64,000 nucleotides of DNA from Bdellovibrionota bacterium (GTDB taxonomy: Bacteria > Bdellovibrionota_C > UBA2361 > JBGSMV01). The stretch lies in contig JBGSMV010000029.1 in NCBI GenBank assembly GCA_041739995.1, positions 80,371 through 144,370 of the forward strand. Reading direction: 5' to 3'. Positions 38,886 to 49,338 of this stretch are shown piece by piece; the first letter of the stretch is position 1; each line of letters begins with the position of its first letter. Position numbers and translations under genes: made by a program. Below the pieces are notes generated by a model. That model made no database searches. It was given only the letters and a program-made list of their open reading frames with translations, and was not told where the DNA came from.

Positions 38886-39166
38886 CCAGACAGATTTCTG
38901 GGTCGACCACGACTGCTTAGGGCAAATGAGGTGCCGTATTTGGCTGCCGGAGAGTGAATCGCCAGTCAGATCACCATCATCTACTCACAGGGGGAGCATC
39001 GCCCCCTTCATAAATGCCTAGGATGCGACACTGTTTGAATATTATTGCCATTGAATAGAAGTGGATTGCATCTTGGGCGCAGCGAGGCGAATCTAACGTA
39101 CTGAAGGTTCTGAGCTTTGATGGTCGCGGAAAGATCGCGTAGAGCCAAGGAAGGCGGGAAGAGAGA

Positions 39167-39760
39167 ATGCTGATTCTTACGAGAAAGCCAGGTGAAAGTC
39201 TCTACATCGGTGATGATATCAAAATCACCATTGTTGAGCTTAAAGGCCACCAGATTCGAGTAGGAATTGACGCGCCAAAGGAAAAGCGCATCTACCGCGA
39301 AGAAATTTACCTCCAGATCCTCGAAGAAAATAAGAGCGCTGCGGCAACGCCAGCGGGTTTTGAACTTGGGCTGGAGAATGTCTCGGCGGCTTGGACGCAG
39401 AGATCGGCTCCGGGTGGTGGCTCTGGCAGCTCGGCTGGTAGCGAAGGCGCCGGAGAGCCGCCTAAGCGTGGGGGCTTCGCAGGCTTGTCGCGCATGCGAG
39501 CATCTGGGTCCCCACAGGGAGGAGCAGCGCCTCGCAGTTCCTCGACGGTTTCTGAGGGGGTTCCTGAGGCCGCCACTGTGGAGCCAAGGACTGAAGACCC
39601 AGAGACTGAGGGTTCAGTGGCCAGATCTACTGGTCCCGAGAGTGTGAATTTAGGTTCGATTGAAGGGCCACGACAAAATAGAGTGCGTCGTGATCTTGGT
39701 TCAGCAGATGTTCCGGTAGTAGTGGTACGGCGAAAGAGGCCAAAGAAAGTCGATGAGTGA
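39167..39760 (+). CDS. csrA: Carbon storage regulator CsrA with long C-terminal extension
   Basis: [21 protein letters not shown]...[15 protein letters not shown]; then ~130 low-complexity residues. Confidence 0.93.
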   Translation: MLILTRKPGESLYIGDDIKITIVELKGHQIRVGIDAPKEKRIYREEIYLQILEENKSAAATPAGFELGLENVSAAWTQRSAPGGGSGSSAGSEGAGEPPKRGGFAGLSRMRASGSPQGGAAPRSSSTVSEGVPEAATVEPRTEDPETEGSVARSTGPESVNLGSIEGPRQNRVRRDLGSADVPVVVVRRKRPKKVDE

Positions 39761-40301
39761 TAGTTCGGATAGCGACAGCAATCAGCTCGTAGTGAAGAGC
39801 ACGCGATTCGGGGAGCTTGAAGTTCCAGCCGATAGTGTCATCACGATCAAGTCGGGACTGATCGGGTTTCCGCGCCACAAGCAATTTGTGATGATTGATC
39901 ACAAGCCACCATTCTCTTGGTTACATTGTGTCGATGACCCAAATCTTGCGTTTGTGGTTGTTGACGGTTTCCAGTTTGGCGAGCGCTATTCGGTCAAAGC
40001 TCCCATAGGCGATGCGGATACTGACCTAAAAGACGGCGATGAGTACGCGATTTTGGTGGTGGTTACCGTGCGTCCGAATGCCGCTGAAACCACAGCAAAT
40101 CTTAAAGCCCCGATTTTCGTGAATATCCGTAACCGTCAGGGCGTGCAGATTATTTTCGATGATCCGCGCCTTTCTACCCGTTTTCCCCTGTGGGAATCGG
40201 AAGAAATGGTTGCCCAGCAGGAAGAATCCGCCGCCGGCGATACCAAAAAGCCTCATTCAGAGGTAAAAGACACTCCAAGCAAGAAGGCGTACAAGAGCTA
40301 G
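39753..40301 (+). CDS. fliW: Flagellar assembly factor / CsrA antagonist FliW
   Basis: [31 protein letters not shown]. Confidence 0.93.
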   Translation: MSDSSDSDSNQLVVKSTRFGELEVPADSVITIKSGLIGFPRHKQFVMIDHKPPFSWLHCVDDPNLAFVVVDGFQFGERYSVKAPIGDADTDLKDGDEYAILVVVTVRPNAAETTANLKAPIFVNIRNRQGVQIIFDDPRLSTRFPLWESEEMVAQQEESAAGDTKKPHSEVKDTPSKKAYKS

Positions 40302-40441
40302 TGTCCTGAGTGAGAAGTTACTTTGAGTATCTTTCTCACTGTTCTCGCTGAACTCATTGTGTATTTTCTTAAAGACATTCACAAAGAGATTCAGTGAGCC
40401 CAGCGAGACGTACGCATCGAGCTCTTAACGCAGGAGACTAG
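40298..40441 (-). mobile_element. MITE-like element family A, copy 4 (reverse orientation)
   Basis: CTAGTGTCCTGAGTGAGAAGTT...GCTCTTAACGCAGGAGACTAG; left CTAG contains the fliW stop. Confidence 0.85.
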
Positions 40442-40524
40442 TGCAGCAATGAGGCGTAGATCCCTGCACCTGAATTGGCGGCTGGTGCGGTTCACGACCT
40501 GTGGCGGAGGAGTGTTTATCCACG

Positions 40525-41580
40525 ATGACAAATTCATTCTCGTATAAGTCAGCCGGTGTTGATATCGATGTGGCCGACGCCACCAAGCGGGAGATGGCGG
40601 CCAGTCTTGAGCCATCTGATCCGCGTGTGCTCAACCGAGTCGGAGCCTTCGCCTCTCTCTTCTCTGCCGAGTTCCCGGGCATAACCGATCCAGTGCTCGT
40701 GCTTAAAATGGAAGAGCCAGGGACTAAGCAAAAGCTTGCGTTCACTGGTCCTCCCGAGAAGGGCTGGGTACGCTCGATATGCTTTGACATGATTAATCAT
40801 CTGATAAATGACATCGCAGTAATGGGCGCCACGCCCTTAGCCGTGCAGGACGCAATCATCTGCGGCAAGTTAGAGCAGCACACGGTGGGGGACTTGGTGC
40901 GCGGTATCGCCGATGCCTGTCGAGCTCAAGGGTGCTCATTGGTAGGCGGTGAGACTTCGGAGCAGCCGGGAGTTTTAGCGCCGGGCATCTATGTGCTTAC
41001 TGCGAGTATAGTGGGAGTCGTAGATCGCGGCAGCATTATCGACGGCAGCAAGATTTCTGATGGTGACGTAGTGCTGGGTGTGGGGTCGAACGGGCTGCAC
41101 ACCAATGGCTATTCTTTGGTGAGAGCACTACTCGATTCCCATAAGACGCTGGCTGCAAGCAAAGTGGGCGAGGGGACTTTTATGGATGCGATTATGGCCC
41201 CGCATCTTTGTTACTATCCCGCACTGAAGGATCTGTTTCCGCGTAAAGTCTTCAATGGCCTTGCTCATATCACCGGGGGAGGAATTGAAGGAAATCTTTC
41301 TCGTATCATTCCGGCTGGTTTGTGTGCAGATATTGAGTTATCGCAAATTCCTATGCTCGAAGTTTTTTCTTCAATTCGAGAGGTTGGTGCACTTTCACAA
41401 GAGGAGATGCTCAAAACATTTAACTGTGGAGTAGGGCTGGTTGCTGTCGTCGAGCAGAAGGCGCTAGCTCCAACCGTTGCCGCAATCACCGCACACGGCT
41501 TGAGCGCGTTTCCGCTTGGCACCATTCGTCGTCGCGCATCGAGTGAAGCTTCTGTAGCGTTACGTGGGCAACTTGCCTGA
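40525..41580 (+). CDS. purM: Phosphoribosylformylglycinamidine cyclo-ligase (AIR synthetase)
   Basis: YKSAGVDI, LVGGETSEQPG, SNGLHTNGYSL, AHITGGG, TFNCGVG. Confidence 0.95.
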   Translation: MTNSFSYKSAGVDIDVADATKREMAASLEPSDPRVLNRVGAFASLFSAEFPGITDPVLVLKMEEPGTKQKLAFTGPPEKGWVRSICFDMINHLINDIAVMGATPLAVQDAIICGKLEQHTVGDLVRGIADACRAQGCSLVGGETSEQPGVLAPGIYVLTASIVGVVDRGSIIDGSKISDGDVVLGVGSNGLHTNGYSLVRALLDSHKTLAASKVGEGTFMDAIMAPHLCYYPALKDLFPRKVFNGLAHITGGGIEGNLSRIIPAGLCADIELSQIPMLEVFSSIREVGALSQEEMLKTFNCGVGLVAVVEQKALAPTVAAITAHGLSAFPLGTIRRRASSEASVALRGQLA

Positions 41581-41818
41581 GCACCTCAAACTCAGCGTTC
41601 TGAGACGTTTACGTTACCCCTTGGCATACTGCTTACTCCCGGGAGCATGGTAGGGCAGGCATAGCGCTATCCGGTACATTTGGGCCTATGTCCAGTGTCC
41701 GCATTCCCAATCTTGGCGAAATTAGGCGCGGAGCTTCTTCTGAGAGAAATTTTGAGGGAGGTATTCTCACCTTTCTAGGTGAAATTCGTATTTTGAGCGT
41801 CAGATTCTAACCATCTGT

Positions 41819-42562
41819 TTGATCGCGAGTGACAGTACGGTGATCGTGGGTGGAACCATAGCGGGAACGGCGGCGAGTTTGGCCAATAATGGTGTGGTGA
41901 TTCTTGCAAATAAGGGCTCGATCGCTCCTGGGCCTGAGTGCGAAGGTCCAGGCTGCCACGCATTTACTTTACCATCTTCCCCTGCATGGGCGACCGCCTG
42001 TCCAAATCCAGCCGACCAGATTGATATCACCACGTCGACGTACGTGGGGAGCCTCCCTGCTGGCTGCTATGGCGATCTGATGGTCAATGCTGACTTTGCG
42101 TTGCTTGATCGATCTGCTGCTTATCACTTTAGGCAAGTCAACTTTCAAGGCAACAGCAACGAGCTCACTTTCGGTGCAATCCCGGTCGGGGAGAAGGCCG
42201 AAATATACGTCGAGGAGATAGACTCCAATAACAATCGAAACCATATTACTGGCAATCGAGTGATGAATAAAAACAACTCAGGTAACACCGGGAAATTTAA
42301 TGCGCCGCATCAGTTGGTGATCCATTACACCGGCGTCAAGCCCATCCATTTCGGCGGAACGAGCGACGTATATGCACACCTCATTGCTCCGAATGCGCAT
42401 GTGACTTCGACTGGAAACACTGACTTCTATGGTGGCATCGAGAGCAATAGCATTCAGATCACCGGAAACGCCGACTACTTCTACGATGAGAACATTGGCG
42501 TGGCTCAGCCGGTATCGAATCTCGCGTTTGAAATTAGAAAAACGAGTCAGCGTTACCGCTAG
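41819..42562 (+). pseudogene. Probable 5'-truncated fragment of a secreted beta-solenoid (PilX/DUF7305-like) protein
   Basis: TTG start with no RBS or signal peptide, in-frame TGA at 41780; IAPNA.V..TGN.DFYG.I...GNA..FYDE tail typical of such proteins. Confidence 0.5.
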
Positions 42563-42853
42563 TTCGATAACTTTTAAGTGCGACAAGAAATTCCGACCCA
42601 GGTTTTTCTGGGTGGGCGTCTGTATCTAACCTGAAATACGGATAGATCAGAGGTTGATGTAGGGGTCAAGCTATGTACCTCTACCTCGGTCGGCTCAGTG
42701 AGACTCTGGAAGAAGCATTCGATGAGCTCAAGTTTCATAAGTACTTAGAATCAATTTTGAATTTGCTAACAGCTGAAATCCGACCTCTGCGCTTTTGCTT
42801 GCGGTGAACGTCTTGGGTTGTCTTCGTAGAAAGGCGGGATATAGTTCGGCCCA

Positions 42854-43417
42854 ATGGAACCCCTTGGGTCAGGTCTTCTTTCCGAACCTCGCAGAGTGAT
42901 TCCGCTGACCAGTGCTGCGGACGCTGAAATCTCGCGTCTGCTTCACGATGCACGGGTAACCTTCGACCCCTCACTCCCTGAGAACCGAGGTTTTTCAGTT
43001 CAATTGAGTGGCAAGGCCAGCGAGGTGCTGGTGGTGCTGCGTCACGAAGGCAATTGTAAGTCGTATGGGTTTACCATCGAAGCGCGTCCCATGAATGAGC
43101 GCAGCAGTGCCTTTGACCTGCGAAAATTTGAAATCGAAGTGCTTCAGATCTCGGCAGACGATCAGTCCCCAGTTGGTTCACTTTCGCGCAACGCGCATCG
43201 TCTAGCCTGTGGCCCGTTCGAGCCGGATAAGAATTATATTATCCAGGTACTCAGACCACCCCAGGTGATAGCGGAGAGGTTCCGCCCGAAGGCCGGGCCA
43301 CCAGTTGGATCCGAAGAGTGGGGGGACTTAAAATTTCCACGGGTTGGCTCAGAAGCAGAGGGCGAGGACTCAGATCTACTAGTTTGCTCTCCGACCATGC
43401 AGCAAAAAGTGGGATAG
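42854..43417 (+). CDS. Hypothetical protein
   Basis: 187-aa ORF, no family recognised. Confidence 0.45.
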   Translation: MEPLGSGLLSEPRRVIPLTSAADAEISRLLHDARVTFDPSLPENRGFSVQLSGKASEVLVVLRHEGNCKSYGFTIEARPMNERSSAFDLRKFEIEVLQISADDQSPVGSLSRNAHRLACGPFEPDKNYIIQVLRPPQVIAERFRPKAGPPVGSEEWGDLKFPRVGSEAEGEDSDLLVCSPTMQQKVG

Positions 43418-43665
43418 CCGATCGCTGTCCCGCTCAATTCCATTATTTCCCTAATTCCGAAAACCCCAGAGCATTTAACGGCTTTTGGCGCGTAACTTGC
43501 ATAAATACTGTAGGCGCAGAGAGCGCTGTCGCCCCGTTGCGCTCAGCGCTCTCCTGAGTGGCCTGTAATGTGGCGAAACGGAATTTAACTAGGAATCTTT
43601 TGGAGTTGAGCCATCTTAGAAACCCCGATCGTAAAGTCCGCGGACACCCTCGCCGAAATACTCTC

Positions 43666-45273
43666 ATGACCGATGGACCTTACTTTTCTTCCCTCGCTGA
43701 GGTGGTTGCTCATGGAGTGTGGCAGCTTTCAAGAGCCACTCTGGCCCTTGCCGTGCTAGTGACTGGGCTACTTAGCCTAAATCTTTCGACGCTTGAGGCC
43801 CAAACCCTTTCAAATCAGCTCGAATACGACGAGCCCATCACGGCGCGCTTGAATGGCGGTGGAGTGGGATATAGCTCGCCAACCGTTGCGGAGACTGACG
43901 GCGATCCTTCAAACGGGAACGAAATCTTAATCGCTGGGGCTGATGGAACTCTGCACGCCTATCGGAGTGACGGCTCAGAGGTTTGGAGTGCGAGGCTTCC
44001 CATTTTTTCATGCAGCGGAGCAAAGAAAAACGACAAGGTTTACTCATCCCCTGCAGTTGGAACTCTACTGGGCGACGGCGTGCCGTACGTGGTTGTGGGC
44101 TATGGCGGATTTTCTGGATCGTGTGCTGGTGGTATTGCAGCCTATCGTGGAACCGACGGGCAACAGCTTTGGGAATTTGATCTCGCGGCGTTCGGACGCC
44201 AAAAGCAGCATTTCGTGCTTAAGCCGACAGTTTTTAGCACCCCGGCTCTTTTCGATGTTGATGGTGACGGAACACTCGAAGTTGGTTTTGGTGGGTTTGA
44301 TAGGAATGTCTACCTTCTGAACTCTGATGGCAGCGTGCGCTGGTACTACCACGCTGCAGATACGGTGTGGTCCTCCCCGGTCTTTACAGATACCAATGGT
44401 GATGGTCAGCCAGAGATGATTATCGGCACTGACATCAGCAAGAATACGTTTCTTAATCCCCCCACCAAAAATGGCGGCTTTGTATACGCGTTTAGTACCC
44501 AAACCGTCCGTGGCGGACTTGTTGAGTTCCGCGATCCATCAAAAGAAATTACTTTGTGGAGCAGGTTTGCTAGACAGGTGATTTTCTCTGCACCAGTGGT
44601 AGCGGAAGTGCTGTCGACTAATCCAGGTCTTGAAATTATTGTGGGGACGGGCTGCTTTTTCCCCGAAGGCACCAACAATAAAGGCGGAAAATTCGTTCGG
44701 GTTCTCTCCGCGGCGACAGGCCGTGTGCTGAAAAAGATAAAAACGCCAACCTGCAACTCTGCCACTCCTGCGATTGGAGATCTTGATGGCGATGGGAATC
44801 TTGAAGTAGTTATCGCCACCCCCAGCAACGTAGAATCAGGTGCCGATGGAAAGGGCAGGTTATTGGCATGGACTCCCGAGACAGGAAACAAACTTTGGGA
44901 GCGTAAGCTCGCCGCCATGTTTCCCTTCCAGTCACCACTGCTCGCTGATCTAGACGCTGACGGGACCCCGGAAGTGATCCAAGCGACTGCCGCTTATATC
45001 TACATCTACGATGGTTTGACTGGAGCTCAGCTTGGACGTGTGCGGCCCGGAGGCACCATGAAGAACACCCCCACCATTGTCGATCTTGACGGAGACGGAC
45101 GACCGGATCTAGTGGCTGCAAGTGCACAGAACGGAAAGGGCAAACTAAGTATATTCCCGAACTTCTCGTCTGAAGCGGGAGAGGAGCGAAGAGGCAGCTC
45201 GTCAAACCCCACGGAGGCGCTTATCCCTTGGGGCTCCTGGAGAAACGGGTCGGGAACTGCCTCGGCTCCTTAG
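43666..45273 (+). CDS. Exported FG-GAP/VCBS-repeat beta-propeller protein
   Basis: Repeated SSPA/TPA..D(L/V)DGDG.(L/P)E(V/I) Ca-binding units; N-terminal hydrophobic segment. Confidence 0.85.
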   Translation: MTDGPYFSSLAEVVAHGVWQLSRATLALAVLVTGLLSLNLSTLEAQTLSNQLEYDEPITARLNGGGVGYSSPTVAETDGDPSNGNEILIAGADGTLHAYRSDGSEVWSARLPIFSCSGAKKNDKVYSSPAVGTLLGDGVPYVVVGYGGFSGSCAGGIAAYRGTDGQQLWEFDLAAFGRQKQHFVLKPTVFSTPALFDVDGDGTLEVGFGGFDRNVYLLNSDGSVRWYYHAADTVWSSPVFTDTNGDGQPEMIIGTDISKNTFLNPPTKNGGFVYAFSTQTVRGGLVEFRDPSKEITLWSRFARQVIFSAPVVAEVLSTNPGLEIIVGTGCFFPEGTNNKGGKFVRVLSAATGRVLKKIKTPTCNSATPAIGDLDGDGNLEVVIATPSNVESGADGKGRLLAWTPETGNKLWERKLAAMFPFQSPLLADLDADGTPEVIQATAAYIYIYDGLTGAQLGRVRPGGTMKNTPTIVDLDGDGRPDLVAASAQNGKGKLSIFPNFSSEAGEERRGSSSNPTEALIPWGSWRNGSGTASAP

Positions 45274-45331
45274 GCAATTGTACTCGATTGACCGAGAGCA
45301 CTCTCCCTCCATCGTGAAGAGTTTCTAACTC

Positions 45332-46213
45332 TTAGTCGGCGGCTAAGTGAGGATATCGTGCCGCACTCTCGAGCAGTTCTTCAGGTGAGAATTTACGTGG
45401 AATGATGCGTGCCCAGTCGCCCTCGACCTTTGCTTGAGGGCACGAGCTTCGAACCCAACGTAAGCGTCCATCCGACTCTGCTCCTTCTGGAGCAAGGCTA
45501 GAAAACTCTACTACCTGGCAGTTTTTCATGTCGCCCGCGGGAGAATGGAAAAAATCACGTTGTTGTTCAGTGGTCATATGGGCGATCTCCGCCCAAGCAG
45601 CTTCTATATATTCACCGTGAGAGAAGACCAGCACGCGCTGATTGGTACATTCTCTTGCGACGCGCTCAAGCAAAACGCGAGATCTGGTTCTGGTAGCCAG
45701 CAGGGATTCGCCGTCTGGCATCGGGGTATGAAGAGGATCGCGTTTGCGTTGATCAAACGAGAGTGTTCGCTCAGTCTCTGTCAGCTCAGAAAATCGTCCC
45801 CAGTTTCGTTCTCCGAGTTGAGGGTCTACCCGAATTTGAGCATTGTTCCAGCCCGCAGCCAAACACAACAGTCCGGCCGTTTCTTGAGCCCTGACATGGT
45901 CGGAGACGTAGATGATGTCAAACCCTTCTGGGTACTGCGCTCTTAGCCAGGCGCCGGTGGTCTTGGCTTGGGCCTGTCCGAGAGCAGAGAGGCGAAATTC
46001 TCGGTCTGGAGTATCTAAAAACTTTGGAGGGAAGGCCGTCAGCTGGCCTCGCTTCACTGCTCGTTGAATGATGTTCGCTTCGCTCTGGCCATGTCGGATG
46101 AAGACCAGGCGAGCGGGCATTTCAACTCGGGGAGCGGTCATAGGGGAGGTAAGTGCTGAGGTAGTCCGCGGTGGAGGAAGAGGCGAGGCAGACTGTGGTG
46201 CGGCTTGTTCCAT
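45332..46213 (-). CDS. Histidine phosphatase (phosphoglycerate mutase family)
   Basis: FIRHGQSEAN, RAQETA, LGERNWG, PDGES, VFSHG. Confidence 0.92.
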   Translation of the reverse strand: MEQAAPQSASPLPPPRTTSALTSPMTAPRVEMPARLVFIRHGQSEANIIQRAVKRGQLTAFPPKFLDTPDREFRLSALGQAQAKTTGAWLRAQYPEGFDIIYVSDHVRAQETAGLLCLAAGWNNAQIRVDPQLGERNWGRFSELTETERTLSFDQRKRDPLHTPMPDGESLLATRTRSRVLLERVARECTNQRVLVFSHGEYIEAAWAEIAHMTTEQQRDFFHSPAGDMKNCQVVEFSSLAPEGAESDGRLRWVRSSCPQAKVEGDWARIIPRKFSPEELLESAARYPHLAAD

Positions 46214-46220
46214 GTTACTC

Positions 46221-46360
46221 CTGGTGTCCTAAGGCGGAATTTCATTTAAGAATCTTTCTCACTGCCCTCGCCGAACTCATTGTGAAATTCACTGAACATT
46301 CACAATTAGACCAGCGAGCGCATCGAGAATTTCTCAACGCGCTCGTACTCGGGACACTAG
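46221..46360 (-). mobile_element. MITE-like element family A, copy 5 (reverse, most degenerate)
   Basis: CTGGTGTCCTAAGG...GAACTCATTGTG...CAGCGAGCG...ACTCGGGACACTAG; 7 bp from the His-phosphatase ATG. Confidence 0.75.
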
Positions 46361-46536
46361 CAAACAAAACGCAGTGTTCTGAGTTGTCGTGGTGAAACAC
46401 GAGTCCAGAGATTATAGATCCCTTCTAGGGGCAATCTTAAGCCTGTGCGAACGCCCAACGAAGGCAAATATCACTTTGCGCAGTGTGCGTTTGCAATGAT
46501 GTGGCTGAAATAACCAAAAATCAGTCGATCTGATGG

Positions 46537-47457
46537 TTATTCATAGACGTGGCGTTCGTTCTGAAATTGCTCAAGGGTATCAGCGGTAAGCTGCTCAAGC
46601 GTGGCATCCACGTCTGCTTCGTCGAAGCCTAGGTATAGCGCCGTGGCACGTGCCGCCTCCGCAGCGATCGGGTAGCCTTCAGGGTTGCCGATACCTGCAT
46701 TGTGGGCAATTACGGAGGCGAGTTGAACGACGGCAGTTTTTTCTTCCACTATCGTTTCCGCCTTTGCTCCCTCGATGGGATCTCTATAGTGGAGAATTAC
46801 TTGGCACGTGTCGGGCGCAAAGTTCCACTTCTTGGCGACAAGAGCGCCAATGAGCGGATGCGCGAAGCCGAATGTCTTTTGTTCGGAAGTCGCAAAGTCC
46901 AGGCCTTCACCTTTAATGGTGCTTATCACTGTCTTGTAACCCTTTCTGGTTTCTGGTTGGAACAGCAATACTATCTGTCCAAGGTTATGCAGTAGTCCCA
47001 ACAGAAAGATTTCTTCTATGTAAGGCTTCTTAAGCTTCTTTGCGATGGCGGTTGAACACATCGCGGTCGCCATCGAGGATTCCCAGATCTGGCGCTCCAG
47101 GGGGCCGAAGCTCTTGTTAAGCTGCCGAAGTGTGGCTGCGACGATGATACCTTTAAGCGCTTTGAAACCAATCACCATGATCGCCATATTCAGAGTAGAA
47201 ATCTCACGCTGCCTAGAGAACATGGCGCTGTTTGCGATTTTGAGAACTCGAGCGGCAAGTGCCGCGTCGGTTGATAAAAGTTCGGTGAGATCAGAAGCGG
47301 TAGTGTCGGGGTTCTCGACAAGACTGATAGCGCGCGATGCCACTTGAGGCATAGGAGGAAGATCTCCGACCCAGGCAACAATCTCTCGCCAATCTTTGTC
47401 TGCACTTAACCGGCCTTCGAATTCTTTTGGAGCTGTTTCCATTGCGCTAATACTCAT
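46537..47457 (-). CDS. HDOD domain protein
   Basis: LPPMP.VA, D.ALAARVLKIANSA, GLLHNLG, H..IGA.VA.KW. Confidence 0.93.
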   Translation of the reverse strand: MSISAMETAPKEFEGRLSADKDWREIVAWVGDLPPMPQVASRAISLVENPDTTASDLTELLSTDAALAARVLKIANSAMFSRQREISTLNMAIMVIGFKALKGIIVAATLRQLNKSFGPLERQIWESSMATAMCSTAIAKKLKKPYIEEIFLLGLLHNLGQIVLLFQPETRKGYKTVISTIKGEGLDFATSEQKTFGFAHPLIGALVAKKWNFAPDTCQVILHYRDPIEGAKAETIVEEKTAVVQLASVIAHNAGIGNPEGYPIAAEAARATALYLGFDEADVDATLEQLTADTLEQFQNERHVYE

Positions 47458-47963
47458 CAATTAAAGCGAGCGTTCCACCAAGATAGCCGTCACCGCCAAG
47501 CTATCTCAAGAATATGGCATCACATTAGGAAACTTCTGTCATTAGGAGACTAGTGACCACGATGCCATTGCTTATCATCGGTGCGCTCGGCGTCTAACAT
47601 GAGCGCCTCTGATGTTCAGCTCACCTTTTGCAGCTGGGCTCTTTCATCGCTTTAATCGAGGGAATGTGCGCCTAAATTAGAACAGCAGTGGAAAGCCGGA
47701 ATGTCGTGTTGCAGGCCCAGAAGAGCTCGATATCGAGCCTTCTATGCGAGTCTTTGAAATTGCTTAAGGCAAGTGCATCTTCGCAGCTCTGCTATGCTAT
47801 TGACATCATTGTAGTCTTCTCGTCACGATTCTTCTTAGGGTCGTTTAGTAATTTCCTGAGTGAGCCGATAGGAGGTATGAAGGTTCGAGGCGGGTAGCGA
47901 GGGGGACCTCTCTGCGCGTGCCATTTTGGCCTTCTACCGTACAGAACTGCCAAGGGGAGAAAT

Positions 47964-48272
47964 ATGGAATTCAACACAGAAATCATTGGAGACAAGGGCT
48001 ATATCCGCGTTGAAGGCGACCTAGATTCTGAGCAATCTGGTGAAGCCTTACGTAAAGCTTTCAACGACCTGTTTGACAAGGGTCGCCGCACGGTAGTGCT
48101 TGATCTCACCTCAGTGCAAATCATCAACAGCTACGGCATTGGTAAAGTACTGATGTGCTACAAGCGTTTGAAGTCTGAAAACGGCGTCTTGATGGTCAAG
48201 CCGCTTGCCGGATTCGTGAAGGAGACTTTTGAGCTCCTGATGTTGGACAAATTGCTCCCCGTCGACAATTAG
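47964..48272 (+). CDS. STAS-domain anti-anti-sigma factor
   Basis: VEGDLD, VVLDLTSV.IINSYGIG with the phospho-acceptor Ser. Confidence 0.9.
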   Translation: MEFNTEIIGDKGYIRVEGDLDSEQSGEALRKAFNDLFDKGRRTVVLDLTSVQIINSYGIGKVLMCYKRLKSENGVLMVKPLAGFVKETFELLMLDKLLPVDN

Positions 48273-48308
48273 TCCAGAACGGAGACGCCTCCGAAAGGGG
48301 CATAGCCT

Positions 48309-49283
48309 GTGGACAAAGATGCAGACTGCAATAAGAGCTCGAGTGAAGGCGAATCAAAAAACGCCGTTCCTCGGGTTCTATTTGCAGATCGAGACCTAAG
48401 CACCGTTGAATTAGTGACCTCCTGTTTCGCACACAGAGGATGGTCGCTGGAAACCGTTGGGTTAGAGGCTTCCGCCGAAGGGAATCCGCTCGTTGAGCGA
48501 ATGAAACGTGGTACCTTTGATGTGGTAGTGGCAGATCTCCTGATGCCAGGCCTCGATGGAATGTCGCTGCTCCGTCAAATTCGCACTCAACGACCGAGTC
48601 AGCCAATTATCGTGGTATCTGCCTGTCATTCGGTCGGAGATTTTCTATCGTTCATGCGCGAGGGCGTCAGTGACGTACTTCAGAAGCCCGTTGATGCAGA
48701 TTCTTTGACTCGCGCGGTACGTCGAGCGGTATTGAGTTCCAGAGATCGAGAGCGTGGAGACTCGGTGTATCGCTATGTCGCCCATGAGGAGACAGAACTT
48801 GTCTTTACCTCCAGGGAACTCGCAGATGTACGAGTTTCTCTTGGAATTCTCGATCGCCTTGTCGCCGCAAGAATGATTGATATTGGAATGAAGTTGCGAA
48901 TCGACTTGGCATTTCAAGAACTTGTCGCCAATGCACTAGAACACGGCAATCTTGAGCTTGAGTCGAGTTGGAAAGAGGATCTCGATTCGCAAGGGCTCGA
49001 TAGGTTTTCGCTCGTGAAAAGGGAGCGTTTGGCCGATGATAACTTTGGTGGTCGGATAGTGAAGGTTTCCGTCTCTTACGTATCGGGAATGTTAACGGTC
49101 GCGGTGCAGGACGAGGGCCTGGGTTTCATTCCCGACGTGCCAGAGGAGTGGAAGACAGAAAGCCTTGATCCGCATGGCAGAGGGTTGGCAATGATTTTCG
49201 CTGCTACCGATGAGGTTGAATTTTCAAAGGTTGCGTCTCCGGGGCACGGCACTCGAGTCCGGTTTCGGAAGCGCTTGGTGTGA
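48309..49283 (+). CDS. Response-regulator receiver fused to RsbW-like anti-sigma Ser kinase (HATPase_c)
   Basis: DLLMPGLDG...KP receiver; ELVANALEHGN, DEGLGF, HGRGL boxes. Confidence 0.88.
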   Translation: MDKDADCNKSSSEGESKNAVPRVLFADRDLSTVELVTSCFAHRGWSLETVGLEASAEGNPLVERMKRGTFDVVVADLLMPGLDGMSLLRQIRTQRPSQPIIVVSACHSVGDFLSFMREGVSDVLQKPVDADSLTRAVRRAVLSSRDRERGDSVYRYVAHEETELVFTSRELADVRVSLGILDRLVAARMIDIGMKLRIDLAFQELVANALEHGNLELESSWKEDLDSQGLDRFSLVKRERLADDNFGGRIVKVSVSYVSGMLTVAVQDEGLGFIPDVPEEWKTESLDPHGRGLAMIFAATDEVEFSKVASPGHGTRVRFRKRLV

Positions 49284-49338
49284 TTCTCTCTCCCGCATGG
49301 AGGAGGAAATCTCAGGTTTGCTCGTATAAGGTTCTTTC

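Noticed and set aside
41622-41636. TGGCATACTGCTTAC as a sigma54 promoter
   Set aside because: The -12 element is TTAC, not TTGC, and no intact gene follows.
11835-46360. Repeats considered as a CRISPR array
   Set aside because: Copies are dispersed, 140 bp long and in both orientations, with no repeat-spacer periodicity and no cas genes.
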